DNA of 60,216 bases, filler included. It is 8 parts of 8 records of this genome, joined end to end, with 100 filler letters (N's around TTAATTAATTAA, not from the genome) between each part and the next. Parts side by side here need not be neighbours in the genome. Positions count along the whole stretch, not along the records: positions 40,951 to 45,985 come from SRR31147125_17909; positions 46,086 to 54,423 come from SRR31147125_17912; positions 54,524 to 60,216 come from SRR31147125_17939; 5 more parts are not named here. One strand, given 5' to 3'. Both the position numbers and the translations under genes were made by a program. Position 1 is the first letter of the stretch; every line of letters starts with the position of its first letter. The notes beneath the pieces are model-generated. The model was not told the DNA's origin, ran no database searches, and saw nothing but the letters and a program-made list of their open reading frames with translations. Positions 44,703 through 56,572 of this stretch are shown here, in pieces.

Positions 44703-45905
44703 ATGAACAAGAACAAGTTAATAATTCTAACCATCGCAATGTTATTTTGCGGTGTTTTCAGTGCCAATTCGCAAACAATTCCTTTTCTGAACATCATAGA
44801 TTTTGGTGCAAAAGGCGATGGCAAAACCGATGATACACCAGCCTTACTAAAAGCAATGGAAGCTGCAACCAAATCGGAAGGAACGGTTTATTTTCCGCAT
44901 GGAAATTATTGTATTCATCCGGTTGAAGTTCCTAGCCACATTACACTTTTGGGATATTCGGCATGGAGTTACGCCAACAAAGACAAACGCGACGAAGATT
45001 ACATAGGAAAAACAATACTTACTGCACTTTCGGGCGATGCTCGTGCTTTGCTCGATTTGGGGAGTAACCGGGGCGTTCGAATTTTTGGGCTCACGCTCGA
45101 TGGCAAAAAATTGGGCGATGGAATGCACGGTGTTTATTGTCGTCATTTAGGCTGCGAACAAAACAATTGTATTGAAGACTGCCGAATCCAAAATTTCAGC
45201 GGCTCAGGAATTCGGCTGGAACGCTCGTGGGTATTTTCGGTGCGCCGCAATTTGCTAATGTTTAACGATGAACATGGAATTGATTTAACCGGAGGTTACG
45301 ATGGATGGGTGATTGACAACCAGCTAACAGCCAACAAAGGTTACGGCCTGTTTGCTCGCGGTGTTCCTAAAGAGGGAATGACCGAAGAAGAAATTAAAGA
45401 CCTGAAGTTTTTCGGAACCGCATCGGTAATGGTTACTGCCAACCGCATTGAATGGAATAAAAAAGGAGGTATCTACCTAAATGGTTCTAATTCGATGCAA
45501 ATTACGGGTTGTGCCATCGACCATAACTTTGGCCCCGGTTTAAAAATAAGCAATGGTACAGCGCACACGGTTACCGGAAATTTATTCAGAAGCAGTGGCG
45601 TTGACGCCAAAGGCGACGAATGCAGCCAAATATGGCTCGAAAACGTAAAAGGAGCATCGGTTACCGGAAATAGCATTTGGGGCTGGTACAACCGTAAAGA
45701 ATACAAGTTTTCGTACCCGTATCCGTTTTACGGAATTATTGCTAAAAACCTGAAAGGCTGTGTGGTATCGCAAAATGCCATGTACCAAAGTTCCAGCAAA
45801 GAAGGTGTTAGCGACCGAGGAGGAAACGAAAGTTCAATTATAAAAGATAACGCATACGTTAAGCCTGAGATTGAGGAAACTGAAGGCGGATTTCGGGTGA
45901 AATAG
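44703..45905 (+). CDS. Right-handed beta-helix protein (pectate_lyase_3-type N-terminus)
   Basis: NIIDFGAKGDGKTDDT, VYFPHGNY, repeated parallel beta-helix turns. Confidence 0.82.
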   Translation: MNKNKLIILTIAMLFCGVFSANSQTIPFLNIIDFGAKGDGKTDDTPALLKAMEAATKSEGTVYFPHGNYCIHPVEVPSHITLLGYSAWSYANKDKRDEDYIGKTILTALSGDARALLDLGSNRGVRIFGLTLDGKKLGDGMHGVYCRHLGCEQNNCIEDCRIQNFSGSGIRLERSWVFSVRRNLLMFNDEHGIDLTGGYDGWVIDNQLTANKGYGLFARGVPKEGMTEEEIKDLKFFGTASVMVTANRIEWNKKGGIYLNGSNSMQITGCAIDHNFGPGLKISNGTAHTVTGNLFRSSGVDAKGDECSQIWLENVKGASVTGNSIWGWYNRKEYKFSYPYPFYGIIAKNLKGCVVSQNAMYQSSSKEGVSDRGGNESSIIKDNAYVKPEIEETEGGFRVK

Positions 45906-45916
45906 GTTAAAATTAA

Positions 45917-45985
45917 ACGCTGACAGGTCTGAAAGACGCTGTCAGGTTTGAGTCAAATAACCTGTCAGCGTACTTGTACCTGACA
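45917..45985. repeat. REP-like CTGACAG/CTGTCAG palindrome cluster at contig end
   Basis: ACGCTGACAGGT (45917)/ACCTGTCAGCGT (45960) perfect IR plus further copies; same core as 13206-13234. Confidence 0.7.
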
Positions 45986-46085
45986 NNNNNNNNNNNNNNN
46001 NNNNNNNNNNNNNNNNNNNNNNNNNNNNNTTAATTAATTAANNNNNNNNNNNNNNNNNNNNNNNNNNNNNNNNNNNNNNNNNNNN
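45986..46085. other. Artificial contig spacer
   Basis: N-run + TTAATTAATTAA + N-run. Confidence 0.99.
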
Positions 46086-46154
46086 AAAAAAGCTATTATG
46101 GCACCATTTCCAGGTCCCGTTTTTCGAATAAATCCATATCCTATATAACCGACA

Positions 46155-48432
46155 TTAATTTTTTTGCCATTTTTCTGCATAAATGACATTTTGATGTCTT
46201 GCTTTCGGATACGTCTCAAGTTTTGACAGTTTTCCGTTTTTAACCTTTCCTTGTACGATCGTATTATCATTAGCTCGTAGTTTAAAATAGACATTCCATT
46301 TTTGCGGCCATGCTGGCAGTAAATAGATATTCTCATTTTCACATTGCATCAGCATCCTTTGCAGGGCGATCATACCAACCTCACCATGATCCTGATCTGG
46401 CACCCAGTCAAAATTTGGACCCCAAAAAGCTGGAAATCTACAATCCTTGCATGAGGAACTGAAAAGCTCTGTGATGCGATGGGTGGCCTCATCTGTCAAT
46501 CCCAGAATAGCGGCCTGAATGGGATCCTGTGTCCAGCCACCGGTACGCTTTACCAAACGACGATCCCAGGTTTCAAGCGCCACATCATAGTCCGGTTTGT
46601 ATTGTCCATAAAGACGATACGGAAAAATGGCATACAATTCCGGATTTTCAGAATTACTTTTTCTGTTGAAAGATTCAGCTGGCAAAAGAAATTTCCTGCC
46701 ATTTTTCCTCTTTGATTGGAATTTCCGGCAACAGTTTTAAGAAGGTAGCCCACTTTATTTTTTCATTATTCGAAATATCAGGTAAGACCATCAAACGGGG
46801 TAAAATAAAGTGTAGACCGGCTATCTCCGGAAGCGGATCCGTGGCCTCGTGCCACGTTTCCAGAGACATGGCAGGATAAAATCGTAATTTCCCTGTATCT
46901 CTATTCACCGGCCAGTGTAAATAGAAAAAATCCATAATATCTGTTGCAAGTGGTCTCAGGTAATTTTGGACAAATTCATCATCCCTGGTTCGATCATAAT
47001 AATCCAGCATAATAGCCACTAACTCCAGGCCTCCGGACCAGTAGTATCGGATATAGTTATTCACCGTTGTATATTTCGGATTACCCCAGCCAAAGTCAGT
47101 ATTGCCATAGGTTCCCCAGAAATACATAGTTTCCGGAAAAAATGCGCCATCATGACCATAATATTTCTGACAGATATCCCGGGCCAGTGGCAGAGCTCTT
47201 TTATACATATCAAACCACGGTTTCATCAAATCAAAATCTCCGGACGACAACATGGACCAATAGATCAATCGGGTATTTTGAAACCAATACATGCCTCCCC
47301 AGCGACGATAATCCGCATTAAATCCTGTCAGTTTCGCAATAGTGACATTTTTCAGGTCAAAATTAAAAATACTGCCATTAAATTTGATTGGCATATTTCC
47401 CCTGCCTGCACAGGCATTAATATAACGCTGTAAGACATACCCCCTCGTAACAATCTCTGCGTCTCTATCCCCCTCAACAAATATCCAGCTACGATCCCAG
47501 AAATTCTGCCACCATTGTTGATGAGCCTTTCTGGCTGATTTTATCGTTTTATTATCAGCTTCAATGATATTCTGTAGAGATGTTGACCATTCATTTATGG
47601 TCGCTGTTTTTTTGGTCAGCACATAAATAGTCACATTAAATTTTTTACCTGGCTTTTGCGACTTTAGTGTTTGATCATCCACACTCTGCATGCCCTCACC
47701 AATAATGGCACCACCAAAAGTATTATTTTTTAATGGATCAGGGTATTTTTCTAACAATTCAAAGAGGTGTTGATTTTTTAAGGTAACCGGGTAACAAGAG
47801 GTACTATTGCGATGATACCAATATAAACCGTTCTCCCGGGCAGGTAAGACTGTGTCCGGCTCAACAACGATAGAATAAATATTTTCGAATTGATCATTAT
47901 TAATTAATCCGCGGGCGCTGTTTTTTTCACCCGGATCCGTTATTTCACGTTTCTCTGTGCGCCACATCTCCAAAGAAGCTTCAATGTAAATTTTTTTGCT
48001 ACTCGTCGCTTCAAGTCGAATTGCCGGATAATTGGCATCCACCCATAACCTTAAATCAATGGCCGGTTTTCCCAATGTGATTCGTATTTCTCCTTGTTGA
48101 AGCTGTAGTTCCTGTTTAAAAAACATTCCGGATTTAATTGGGTTAGGAGAAAATTTTACTCTCACGCGTCCCAGTTTAAGCAATCTGCCGTTCCCACTCC
48201 ACGCATCTGTTTTGCTGATATAAAAAAGCAGATCCCCGTTCTCTTCAACCCAGACATTCAGTCCAATGTCACCATTACCAATGGGCATGGAACCAGCCGA
48301 ATTCTGACTGGGTGTAGTCCACACGACATTATAGGAATCCAATTTATTCTTTGCGGATAGAGGTTGAAGGAAAGATAGTAACACAATTACGACCAGAAAT
48401 AATTTCATACTACTGACTATCACATAACGCAT
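46155..48432 (-). CDS. DUF5703 / GH95-like glycoside hydrolase; indel near 46703-46707
   Basis: SMPIGNGDIGLNVW, PIKFNGSIF, YWFQNTRL, NSENPELYAIFPY, PAFWGPNFDWVPDQDHG, LLPAWP. Confidence 0.8.
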
Positions 48433-48471
48433 AATTACAGGCCCATTGTCAATTATTAAATCCTCAACACA

Positions 48472-49548
48472 TTAAAAAGATTTTCGTAAAACTTCCACTG
48501 TGTCAAAAATAGCGGTAATTTTCTCATCCGTAACTTTTTCATCCATATTAATACAGCACACACCAGTCAGGTAGGGATTGCCGGATGCGTGAACCAAATC
48601 TGTTATGACAGTTCGAATTTCTTCGACAGTTTGGGTCGCGATTTCAACCGGACTGAGACGGATGTTTAAAAATGTATTTGGCAGATACTCTCGTAGCGTC
48701 TTCACATCTCCTCCCCAGCCCACATCAAAAAAATCAAGATTCGGAATTTGAGAAAAACTCTCGACATGGCGATGCGGATCTACTCCACAATAATGAATAC
48801 CAAACGGACGAAATTGTTGACTCCAGGAAATATCAAAGGGTAGCAAATAATTTTCATAATCGCTGCTGGAAATCATGGTATGAGAACATTCGGAATGTAA
48901 AAATACGGGTTTGGGAATGTTACGAACATTGCGATTGACCGAAATGGAACTGCTTCCTGTCTGAGGCTGAATACCTTTGACAAATTTTGTTATAATATTT
49001 TGAATGGTATTAAAATAATTTTTCGTGTCATCCGGTTGAGTGATCATATCAATAAAAATATTCTCACCTCTCAGGTCCATTGCCAGATTTAGAATACCAC
49101 TCCAATTCACGTCACCACAGAGATACCCATATTTCTTTTTTAATTTTTCCAAAAATGATTCAAAATCCTTGAACGACCTGGAAGAAAATGCCGCATCATG
49201 ATCTAGTAGCAGATCTTCTCTGTTTTGTGATATGACATTGGGAGGATGATTGTCTGAATAAATCACCTGACATCCCATCATCTCGGACAGGAGAAATCCG
49301 GCAGCCAGGTGAACAGCCCCTATTTCGGGACGGGTTTCCGGATTTTTTTCACCCAAACCAAATTTGCCCCATCGCTCATAGAGCGCTTTCTCCATTTTTT
49401 GTTCGTCTTCAATGCGGCGAACCGGATGAAAAAAATAATCACGATCAAATGTAATGTTTTCATGTTTACTCCACCATTCCGGTGCAAGCACAATATCAAC
49501 GGGTAGGAGATTATCGCCGATTTTTGGATTTTTTAAATACTGACTCAC
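48472..49548 (-). CDS. Uroporphyrinogen-decarboxylase/MtaA-like TIM-barrel protein
   Basis: GILNLAMDLRGENIFIDM, HSECSHTMISSSDYENYLLP, GIHYCG (HxC); GTG start. Confidence 0.6.
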   Translation of the reverse strand: MSQYLKNPKIGDNLLPVDIVLAPEWWSKHENITFDRDYFFHPVRRIEDEQKMEKALYERWGKFGLGEKNPETRPEIGAVHLAAGFLLSEMMGCQVIYSDNHPPNVISQNREDLLLDHDAAFSSRSFKDFESFLEKLKKKYGYLCGDVNWSGILNLAMDLRGENIFIDMITQPDDTKNYFNTIQNIITKFVKGIQPQTGSSSISVNRNVRNIPKPVFLHSECSHTMISSSDYENYLLPFDISWSQQFRPFGIHYCGVDPHRHVESFSQIPNLDFFDVGWGGDVKTLREYLPNTFLNIRLSPVEIATQTVEEIRTVITDLVHASGNPYLTGVCCINMDEKVTDEKITAIFDTVEVLRKSF

Positions 49549-49583
49549 AATTAAATCCTTTTCTTCTGATAGTTTTGTTCTAA

Positions 49584-52433
49584 TTAGTTTGCATCTGTTT
49601 TGAATAATCCGGATATGTCATTCATATCCAGTTCAGTCCGGGGATCAAACGAATCACTCTTTATATAGTTCAGCAGACTGGCTAACAACTGTTTTGCTAC
49701 CGGACGATGTTCCACATCATTCTGCAGATCAATACTGGCCACGAGTAATTTTCCCTTGCCTGCTTTTGCTTCGAAGACAAGGCCCAGGCGTCGATTTTTA
49801 TTCCAGTCATCGATCACTTGAATAATAGGTCGAAGGTCAGGTGGCAGCTTGTCCAGGATCATGGATTTTGAATTGTGGATCAAATCCCACCATTGCCAAT
49901 TGCTGTGATAATCGGTTGGAAAATCAGCAAGTGCCGGGTGTTTTGGATCACACAAAACACCAAGAGTATGCGGAGGTTGTTGCCGTGTCCAGGCTGTGTT
50001 CCAGAATATTGTCGAAAATCCAGGGGGAACATCACTATCAACCGTATTTAATTCCGGTATTAATAGTACATTTTCACCATTTTCCAAAGCCTTTTTTGTG
50101 CTTTCATTAAAATGATGTGATATCACGATCTCTTCAGATGGAACTATATTCATATTCGCTGGATAAATCCACAAATCCCATTGATTGATAATGGATGTTC
50201 CCTTGATTGACAAAGTCAGCAACAATTTCGCAGGTGCATTTTCATGACTCAATGGAACATTAATATCCCCCAATTGAATCCCATTGCCAATGGGTATATT
50301 TATCGTTTTCAACTGTCCTGAGGCAACAACAGATCCGTTCTCCCTTTGTAATTTCCATTCGGGAATGGCATCATAAAATGGATCCCTGCCAAAATGAGCT
50401 ATTTCAGCATGTGCCTCGAATGTTTCATTTGTGGTCCATACACATTTTTCCATTCTGAGCAAAGGTACGGTTTCATTGCAAAAGTGACTGAATTCGTTCG
50501 CAGAGATATAGCCTTTTTCACCCCAGAAAGCATTAAGAATTCCGATCAGGGCTGTTCCCTGGCCCGGGAAATCATGCAGATCGAGGAGTTGAAATCCTCC
50601 AAAACCGGGTGTGCGTAAAGCGGATTCAATTTCTTCTTTGTAAAGCAGAGCCTGAAGCTTGCCAGATGCCAAAAGAAAGTCTTCGGCCTGATCGAGCATA
50701 TGGTTTTCCTCAAGTTGATCGCGCACAATCTCAAAATTTCGGGCCTTGAGCACACCCGTGTACTTTTCAATTTCCTTGATATCCGGAAAAACACACCACT
50801 GACCAATCTCGTGACTGACTATTGGGACGTTATATTTTTCTACATAATCTTTATAATCTGTTATGGTTTCATACGGGCTCGCATTCACCCGTGAGTTCAA
50901 TTTAGCACCCCATGCATGAATACGAGGTTCCGGTATATTTTGATACTGATTTTCATCTAAAATCGGCCATGCAGCTGCCCCGGTATATATACGGCGGGAA
51001 TCTTTACCTTTCCAATAGTTAACCAGATTTACGAGATACTCTTTTTGATTTTTACCAGCAGGTTCATTGCCATAAGCAAGCATACAAAAAGAAGGATGAT
51101 TTCCATAACGTTTGAGAATGGAATCGCCTTCATTGTATACAAACTGGTCAACAGAGAGTCCATCACCAATACGTGCTCCCTGGTTTGCCCACACACCGCA
51201 TTCGACCTGAAAGATAATCCCCATCTGATCGGCGGCATCAAATGCCGCTTCAGGAGGACACCAGGAATGAAAGCGAATATGATTTAATCCATGGTCTTTA
51301 ACAACATTCATAATTCTCACCCAGGAGTCTTTATCGGTGGGTGGATATCCGGTAATCGGATAACCGCCGCAATCCAGAGTTCCACGCAGGAATATGGTGC
51401 GATCATTTAAGGTGAATTGCGATCCTTTAGTCGAAAATTCGCGCATGCCAAACCGGAGACTTTTGCTATCCTGAAAATCCTTTCCACGAATCGTGACAGT
51501 CAATTCATATACATTTGGTGAGAATTCATCCCATAACAGGACATGTTCACTCATGGGATAAACAAGTTCCACCTGCGTTTGATTCGACGAAACAGATAAA
51601 ATACGCTCTAAAGAAGGAACAGTATGTTGTGTTTCGCAAAAAGGCAGTGTATGCGCTTTCAGATTCACACGGACTTTTGAAATATTGTTTACACCGCCAA
51701 CGTTTACACGAACCGTTGCCGTTTTATTTTTTATATTGGGATAAACCTGGACATCTTTAATCCACGTTTTATCGGTAACCTGAAGTGAGATATCACCGAT
51801 GATGCCATTCCAGTTGGTTTGCGTGTGATCGGATACACTATGTGCATTTTGTCCAACAGCTATTTTCACCCGATTATCAACACAAATTGTGAGTCGATTT
51901 TCACCTACTTTAACATACCCGGTGAGATCATAAACATGCGGTGTACTCAAACTGTTTTGAATTCCAACCTTTTTATTTTCAAGCCAAACCTGTGTTTCCC
52001 AATGGCACCGTTCCAAAGAGAGTAATATTCGTTTATCCTTCCACTCTTGTGGAATGGTAATTTTCTTTTGGTACCAGGCAGCTCCGATATAGTGCTTATT
52101 TGGAGTCAGCCAGAATGGTAATTTGACGTTACCGGGCTGGCGATATTTTTCATATCTTTTCTCAAAAAACCAGGAACTGTCCAGAATACTTCCAGTCCAT
52201 TCAGTATTAACAGTGATGTCAAAACCATAACCATTTTCATTCATAGATCCCGGCAATGTGATGGTTTTAGCCAGTGTCGTTGAATACCAGCTCTCATTTT
52301 TACCTTTATCATCTGGATCCAGCTGAAAAGCCCACTGACCTGAAAGATCAATACTTTTATAATCCATGGCAAAAGCCGTCATAACCAAACCTGACATTAA
52401 AAGAATCAGAACGATCGTTATTCTTCGGAACAT
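49584..52433 (-). CDS. GH2 glycoside hydrolase
   Basis: HYIGAAWYQ, TQTNWNGIIG, FLRGTLDC, HIRFHSWCPP, AYGNEP, SHEIGQW, DFPGQGTALIG. Confidence 0.9.
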   Translation of the reverse strand: MFRRITIVLILLMSGLVMTAFAMDYKSIDLSGQWAFQLDPDDKGKNESWYSTTLAKTITLPGSMNENGYGFDITVNTEWTGSILDSSWFFEKRYEKYRQPGNVKLPFWLTPNKHYIGAAWYQKKITIPQEWKDKRILLSLERCHWETQVWLENKKVGIQNSLSTPHVYDLTGYVKVGENRLTICVDNRVKIAVGQNAHSVSDHTQTNWNGIIGDISLQVTDKTWIKDVQVYPNIKNKTATVRVNVGGVNNISKVRVNLKAHTLPFCETQHTVPSLERILSVSSNQTQVELVYPMSEHVLLWDEFSPNVYELTVTIRGKDFQDSKSLRFGMREFSTKGSQFTLNDRTIFLRGTLDCGGYPITGYPPTDKDSWVRIMNVVKDHGLNHIRFHSWCPPEAAFDAADQMGIIFQVECGVWANQGARIGDGLSVDQFVYNEGDSILKRYGNHPSFCMLAYGNEPAGKNQKEYLVNLVNYWKGKDSRRIYTGAAAWPILDENQYQNIPEPRIHAWGAKLNSRVNASPYETITDYKDYVEKYNVPIVSHEIGQWCVFPDIKEIEKYTGVLKARNFEIVRDQLEENHMLDQAEDFLLASGKLQALLYKEEIESALRTPGFGGFQLLDLHDFPGQGTALIGILNAFWGEKGYISANEFSHFCNETVPLLRMEKCVWTTNETFEAHAEIAHFGRDPFYDAIPEWKLQRENGSVVASGQLKTINIPIGNGIQLGDINVPLSHENAPAKLLLTLSIKGTSIINQWDLWIYPANMNIVPSEEIVISHHFNESTKKALENGENVLLIPELNTVDSDVPPGFSTIFWNTAWTRQQPPHTLGVLCDPKHPALADFPTDYHSNWQWWDLIHNSKSMILDKLPPDLRPIIQVIDDWNKNRRLGLVFEAKAGKGKLLVASIDLQNDVEHRPVAKQLLASLLNYIKSDSFDPRTELDMNDISGLFKTDAN

Positions 52434-53050
52434 AATTTACCCTTTTTAATAAGTTCATATAGAACAATTCTTTCAATTTATTTACACATGACAATCTGGT
52501 ATTTCATTAACACCGGCCGAAAACTCGAAAATTGTAGTATGGTCTCGCACATTTATCACATTACAAGTGGAAATACCTGTATGTAAAAGGTTCAACGTCA
52601 CACAAATAATAGTCATTTTAAATACAAAATAAAATGTTTTTACATTTTTTAAGACTGTTTTTTGTGGATATAACCTGAATTTGTCCACACCTTTACTTTT
52701 ATTACCACTCCTGATTTGATATTATCTCTCTTTTTTTAAGACATCAGTCGTTCCCACTGTTTTTACTATAAGACAATCCGTCATTCCTGATCCTCATGAT
52801 TCAGATAGACTTGAGAGACGCATAGAAAATTCTTCATTTAATGATTCAATGTAACTATCGACTTTTTTTCATAATCCATTTTTAATTGTATCAAAATTGT
52901 AGGAAAAATTCGAATTATTGTTATATTTTTATTCAAGATTTTCTCACCCTTTTGAGAACTAAAATAATCTTATTATAAAAAAAGCACATGCCAGTGCCAC
53001 ATTTATTAAAGTGACGCTAAAACATATGCAGAAAGGACAATATCACACTT

Positions 53051-54423
53051 ATGGTCACAAGAAAATGGATAACGTGCCTGATCGCCTGCATGATTCTAAC
53101 AAGTCACTTTCTTGTTGCAGAAACGAAAAAGGAAATTCAAAATATGAATTGGGATAACTATTTTAATTTAGATACAACAAAAAAAGAGCCGGTAGATTTT
53201 GTCAACATGAAAATTGGCGCGATCAGCCATACACTCCAGCCAACCCGGCCAACTATACATTTGCCCAATAGCATGGTCCGTCTGTTACCAGTATGGACGC
53301 CTGGTATTTCGGACTGGTATGCAGCGTCAAAAATCTATGGATTTTCATTAAATGTGCCAGCTCATCGCGGCCAGGCAGTGACAACGCTTATGGCCACCAC
53401 AGGTGATTTGACTTTGGATAAGGAAAAAATTGCTTCTAATATCGATCACGATTTTGAATTACTATCACCCTACCATTATGCTGTATTGCTTGAAGATAGT
53501 AAAATTATCGCCGAATACACACCGGCAGCCAGATCAGCACTGTTTCAATTCATGGCTACAAATAATGGTATCACAAACATTATATTCAGATGTAAAAAGA
53601 ATGGATTTATCGAATGGCTGGATGATTCCACTGTTCGCGGTTTCGAAGTATATCATGGTACTAAACAATATTTTTACGCCAAATTGAGTCGTTCAAGTTC
53701 GGACCTGGCAACTTTTTCTCAGGATGCTCTATTGCAAAAGGATAAAACTATAGAGGGCGACTCTATAGGAGCTGTCTCCAGAATTCCACTTTTAGCTGGT
53801 GACAAGGTTTTAGTAAAATCTGGTATTTCATTTATCAGTATGGAGCAAGCAGAAAAAAACGTAAAAACAGAACTGCCAACCTGGGATTTTGAGTCAGCAC
53901 AAAATAACGCCAGGGATATATGGAATGAAACACTTGGTAAAATAAGTATCACTTCAAAAAATGAAGCACAAAAACGTGTCTTTTACTCGGCATTTTATCG
54001 ATGTTTCGAAAGAATGGTAAATATCACTGAAGACGACCAGTATTATAGCGCCTACGATCAGCAGATACACCAGGATTCCCGTCCTTTTTACGTTGACGAT
54101 TGGGTATGGGATACATATCGGACAGTACATCCGTTACGGTTGCTCCTTTTTCCGCAATTGGAACAAGACATGATTCAATCCTTCATTCGCATGTACGAGC
54201 AAAGTGGCTGGATGCCCACTTTTCCGCAGATTTATGGAGATATGAAAGCCATGATCGGCCACCATCAGGCAGCGCTGATTGCAGATACTTATTTGAAAGG
54301 TTACCGTGATTTTGATATTAAAAAAGCTTATGAAGGTCTGAAAAAAAATGCCACAGAAGGAACAATGATCCCATGGAATGAGGGTCCTGCAACGGAGCTG
54401 GACAAGGTGTATCGGGAAAAAGG
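53051..54423 (+). CDS. GH92 alpha-mannosidase-like protein (3'-truncated)
   Basis: PVDFVN, GISFISMEQA, FYSAFYR, WDTYRTVHPL, GWMP...MIGHH. Confidence 0.87.
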
Positions 54424-54523
54424 NNNNNNNNNNNNNNNNNNNNNNNNNNNNNNNNNNNNNNNNNNNNTTAATTAATTAANNNNNNNNNNNNNNNNNNNNN
54501 NNNNNNNNNNNNNNNNNNNNNNN
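54424..54523. other. Artificial contig spacer
   Basis: N-run + TTAATTAATTAA + N-run. Confidence 0.99.
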
Positions 54524-56554
54524 TTTTCTTTTAAATATGGTCGGGTATTGTTTGTTTCAATTAACAGTAATTATCAGCTTCACAATGCCACGCAAATTGA
54601 ATGGCTTGACAGTCTGTTAAGCAATGCTCAGCAAGATAGTACTATAGATTGGATAATCTCATTCTGTCATCATCCCGGGCATAGCGAATTGTGGCCTGAT
54701 GGAAATACAGTGTATATTCAAGATTTGGTAATCCCTACATTAAATAAATACAGCAAAGCAGATATTATTATGTACGGTCATTCGCATAATTATGAAAGAG
54801 GAACCGTACCGGATGGCAACCTGCGACTTTTATTACAAGGTGGTGCCGGTTCCAATCTGGATCGCTGGGGAATGTATGGTAACCAACAAAATTATCCGGA
54901 AATTCAGAAATCCTTTGACCATTATGGTTATACAATTTTTGATATAGATATTGCCAATAAACGTTATACAGCAAAATCTTACAGTTTTGGGCATACAAAT
55001 ATATTCTTTGATAACCTCCTTATTGATGAGTTTTATCGGGATAAAAAAGACGAAACGCAACCGGATAAACCAGCACTTTTATCTCCGGAAGCAGGTACAG
55101 AAGTGGCATCTTCCGTTTTGCTAAAAGCGTCATCTTTTACTGGTTCCCATCCCTTTATGAGTTCACAATTTCAGGTTACTAAAAATAAAGGTGATTATTC
55201 AACTCCTTATATGAATGTTATTAGGGATTTTGAAGACATTTTTTGGGATGATGGAACTGTGGATTACACACCCATAGACCTGAATGTTGATGTTGATTTA
55301 ACCGAAATCCAGTTTGAAAGCAAAAATGAAAAGCCTGGGACAAAATTCTGGTGGCGCGTACGATATCGTGATAAAAATGTGCAGTGGTCAGAATGGTCTG
55401 AGGAAAAGTCCTTTTCTTTACAAAAGAGGACTGATTCGGGTGAACCTAATGATTCGCCTCAAACAGCATCAACCTTATTTATTGCAGATAGCTTGTCAGC
55501 CAGTTTTGAATCTGCATCAGATGTTGACTGGTATCGGTTTTATTTTGATGCGCTGTGTATGTATTATTTCACTTCAATTGAGAGTACGCCCGGAGTGGAA
55601 CCAGGTATCGAATTATATCATGAAAGTGATTTAACTACAAACATGTTATCTACATCAGTAAGTGGACTTAATGATGCCGGTGATTTTCGTCTCGCAGGAT
55701 TTTTTCCCTCAAAAGCTGGTTATTATTATGCGAAAGTAACCAATACCAAAGCGAATACGGGAAATTATAAAATAAGACTTGTAGGCGGCAGATCAACAAA
55801 AGAATTATTTGTTAATGAATTCGATAATTCTCCCTCAGGCATAATGGATAAACCGGCATTTCTGCCAAATGATACTCTGGCTGCTGCTATCTTTCCCAAA
55901 GACGATGCCGATTATTACAGGATTGAGGGTCAGCAGGGATGGTGGTTTGAGGTTGGTACAACACCGGTTTATGGCCTTGGCAATCGCGATACTGATACAT
56001 TTATAACGTTGTTTGATGAATCACAAAATCAACTTTACGAAAATGATAACAGGGGAGAGGAGACTACACCAACTGGAGAGACACAGGAAAATACATTTTC
56101 AAGGATCCAGGGCGTTTTTCCTTATACTGGTTTATACTTTTTAAAAGTTCGATCCAGATATAACGCAGATAATAGCGAGAATGATGAGGCACATCCGTTT
56201 TTAGGCGAATATGGTGTTTATTTTAAAACATCTCAGGAAACCGGCATTGAGTTGGATGAGAGTTACCAAACACCAACTACTTATCAACTTTATCAAAATT
56301 ATCCAAATCCTTTTAATCCTGAAACGCAGGTAAAGTTCGATTTACCAAAGAATTCCCATGTTATTTTTAAAGTTTATGATGTCATGGGACGTGAAATACA
56401 GACTCTTCGGGATTCCGAGCTGCAAGCCGGGATTCATGCCATTACATGGAATGGTACAAATGTAAATGGAGAACACGTGACCAGTGGTATTTATATTATT
56501 AGAATGTCAACTCCCGAGTTCTCTAAATCCATCAAGGTGACCCTGCTTCGCTAG
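54524..56554 (+). CDS. Secreted purple-acid-phosphatase-like metallophosphoesterase with Fn3-like and PPC-like domains and C-terminal sorting domain (5'-truncated)
   Basis: QIEWL, FCHHP, YGHSHNYER, GGAG; WWRVRY...WSEWS; EPND...DVDWY and DADYY repeats; YQNYPNPFNP...SGIY tail. Confidence 0.8.
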   Translation, partial: FSFKYGRVLFVSINSNYQLHNATQIEWLDSLLSNAQQDSTIDWIISFCHHPGHSELWPDGNTVYIQDLVIPTLNKYSKADIIMYGHSHNYERGTVPDGNLRLLLQGGAGSNLDRWGMYGNQQNYPEIQKSFDHYGYTIFDIDIANKRYTAKSYSFGHTNIFFDNLLIDEFYRDKKDETQPDKPALLSPEAGTEVASSVLLKASSFTGSHPFMSSQFQVTKNKGDYSTPYMNVIRDFEDIFWDDGTVDYTPIDLNVDVDLTEIQFESKNEKPGTKFWWRVRYRDKNVQWSEWSEEKSFSLQKRTDSGEPNDSPQTASTLFIADSLSASFESASDVDWYRFYFDALCMYYFTSIESTPGVEPGIELYHESDLTTNMLSTSVSGLNDAGDFRLAGFFPSKAGYYYAKVTNTKANTGNYKIRLVGGRSTKELFVNEFDNSPSGIMDKPAFLPNDTLAAAIFPKDDADYYRIEGQQGWWFEVGTTPVYGLGNRDTDTFITLFDESQNQLYENDNRGEETTPTGETQENTFSRIQGVFPYTGLYFLKVRSRYNADNSENDEAHPFLGEYGVYFKTSQETGIELDESYQTPTTYQLYQNYPNPFNPETQVKFDLPKNSHVIFKVYDVMGREIQTLRDSELQAGIHAITWNGTNVNGEHVTSGIYIIRMSTPEFSKSIKVTLLR

Positions 56555-56572
56555 GATGTGATAGTGATATAG

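Noticed and set aside
52482-52688. 68-aa ORF between divergent GH2 and GH92
   Set aside because: No motif or RBS; lies in an AT-rich divergent promoter region
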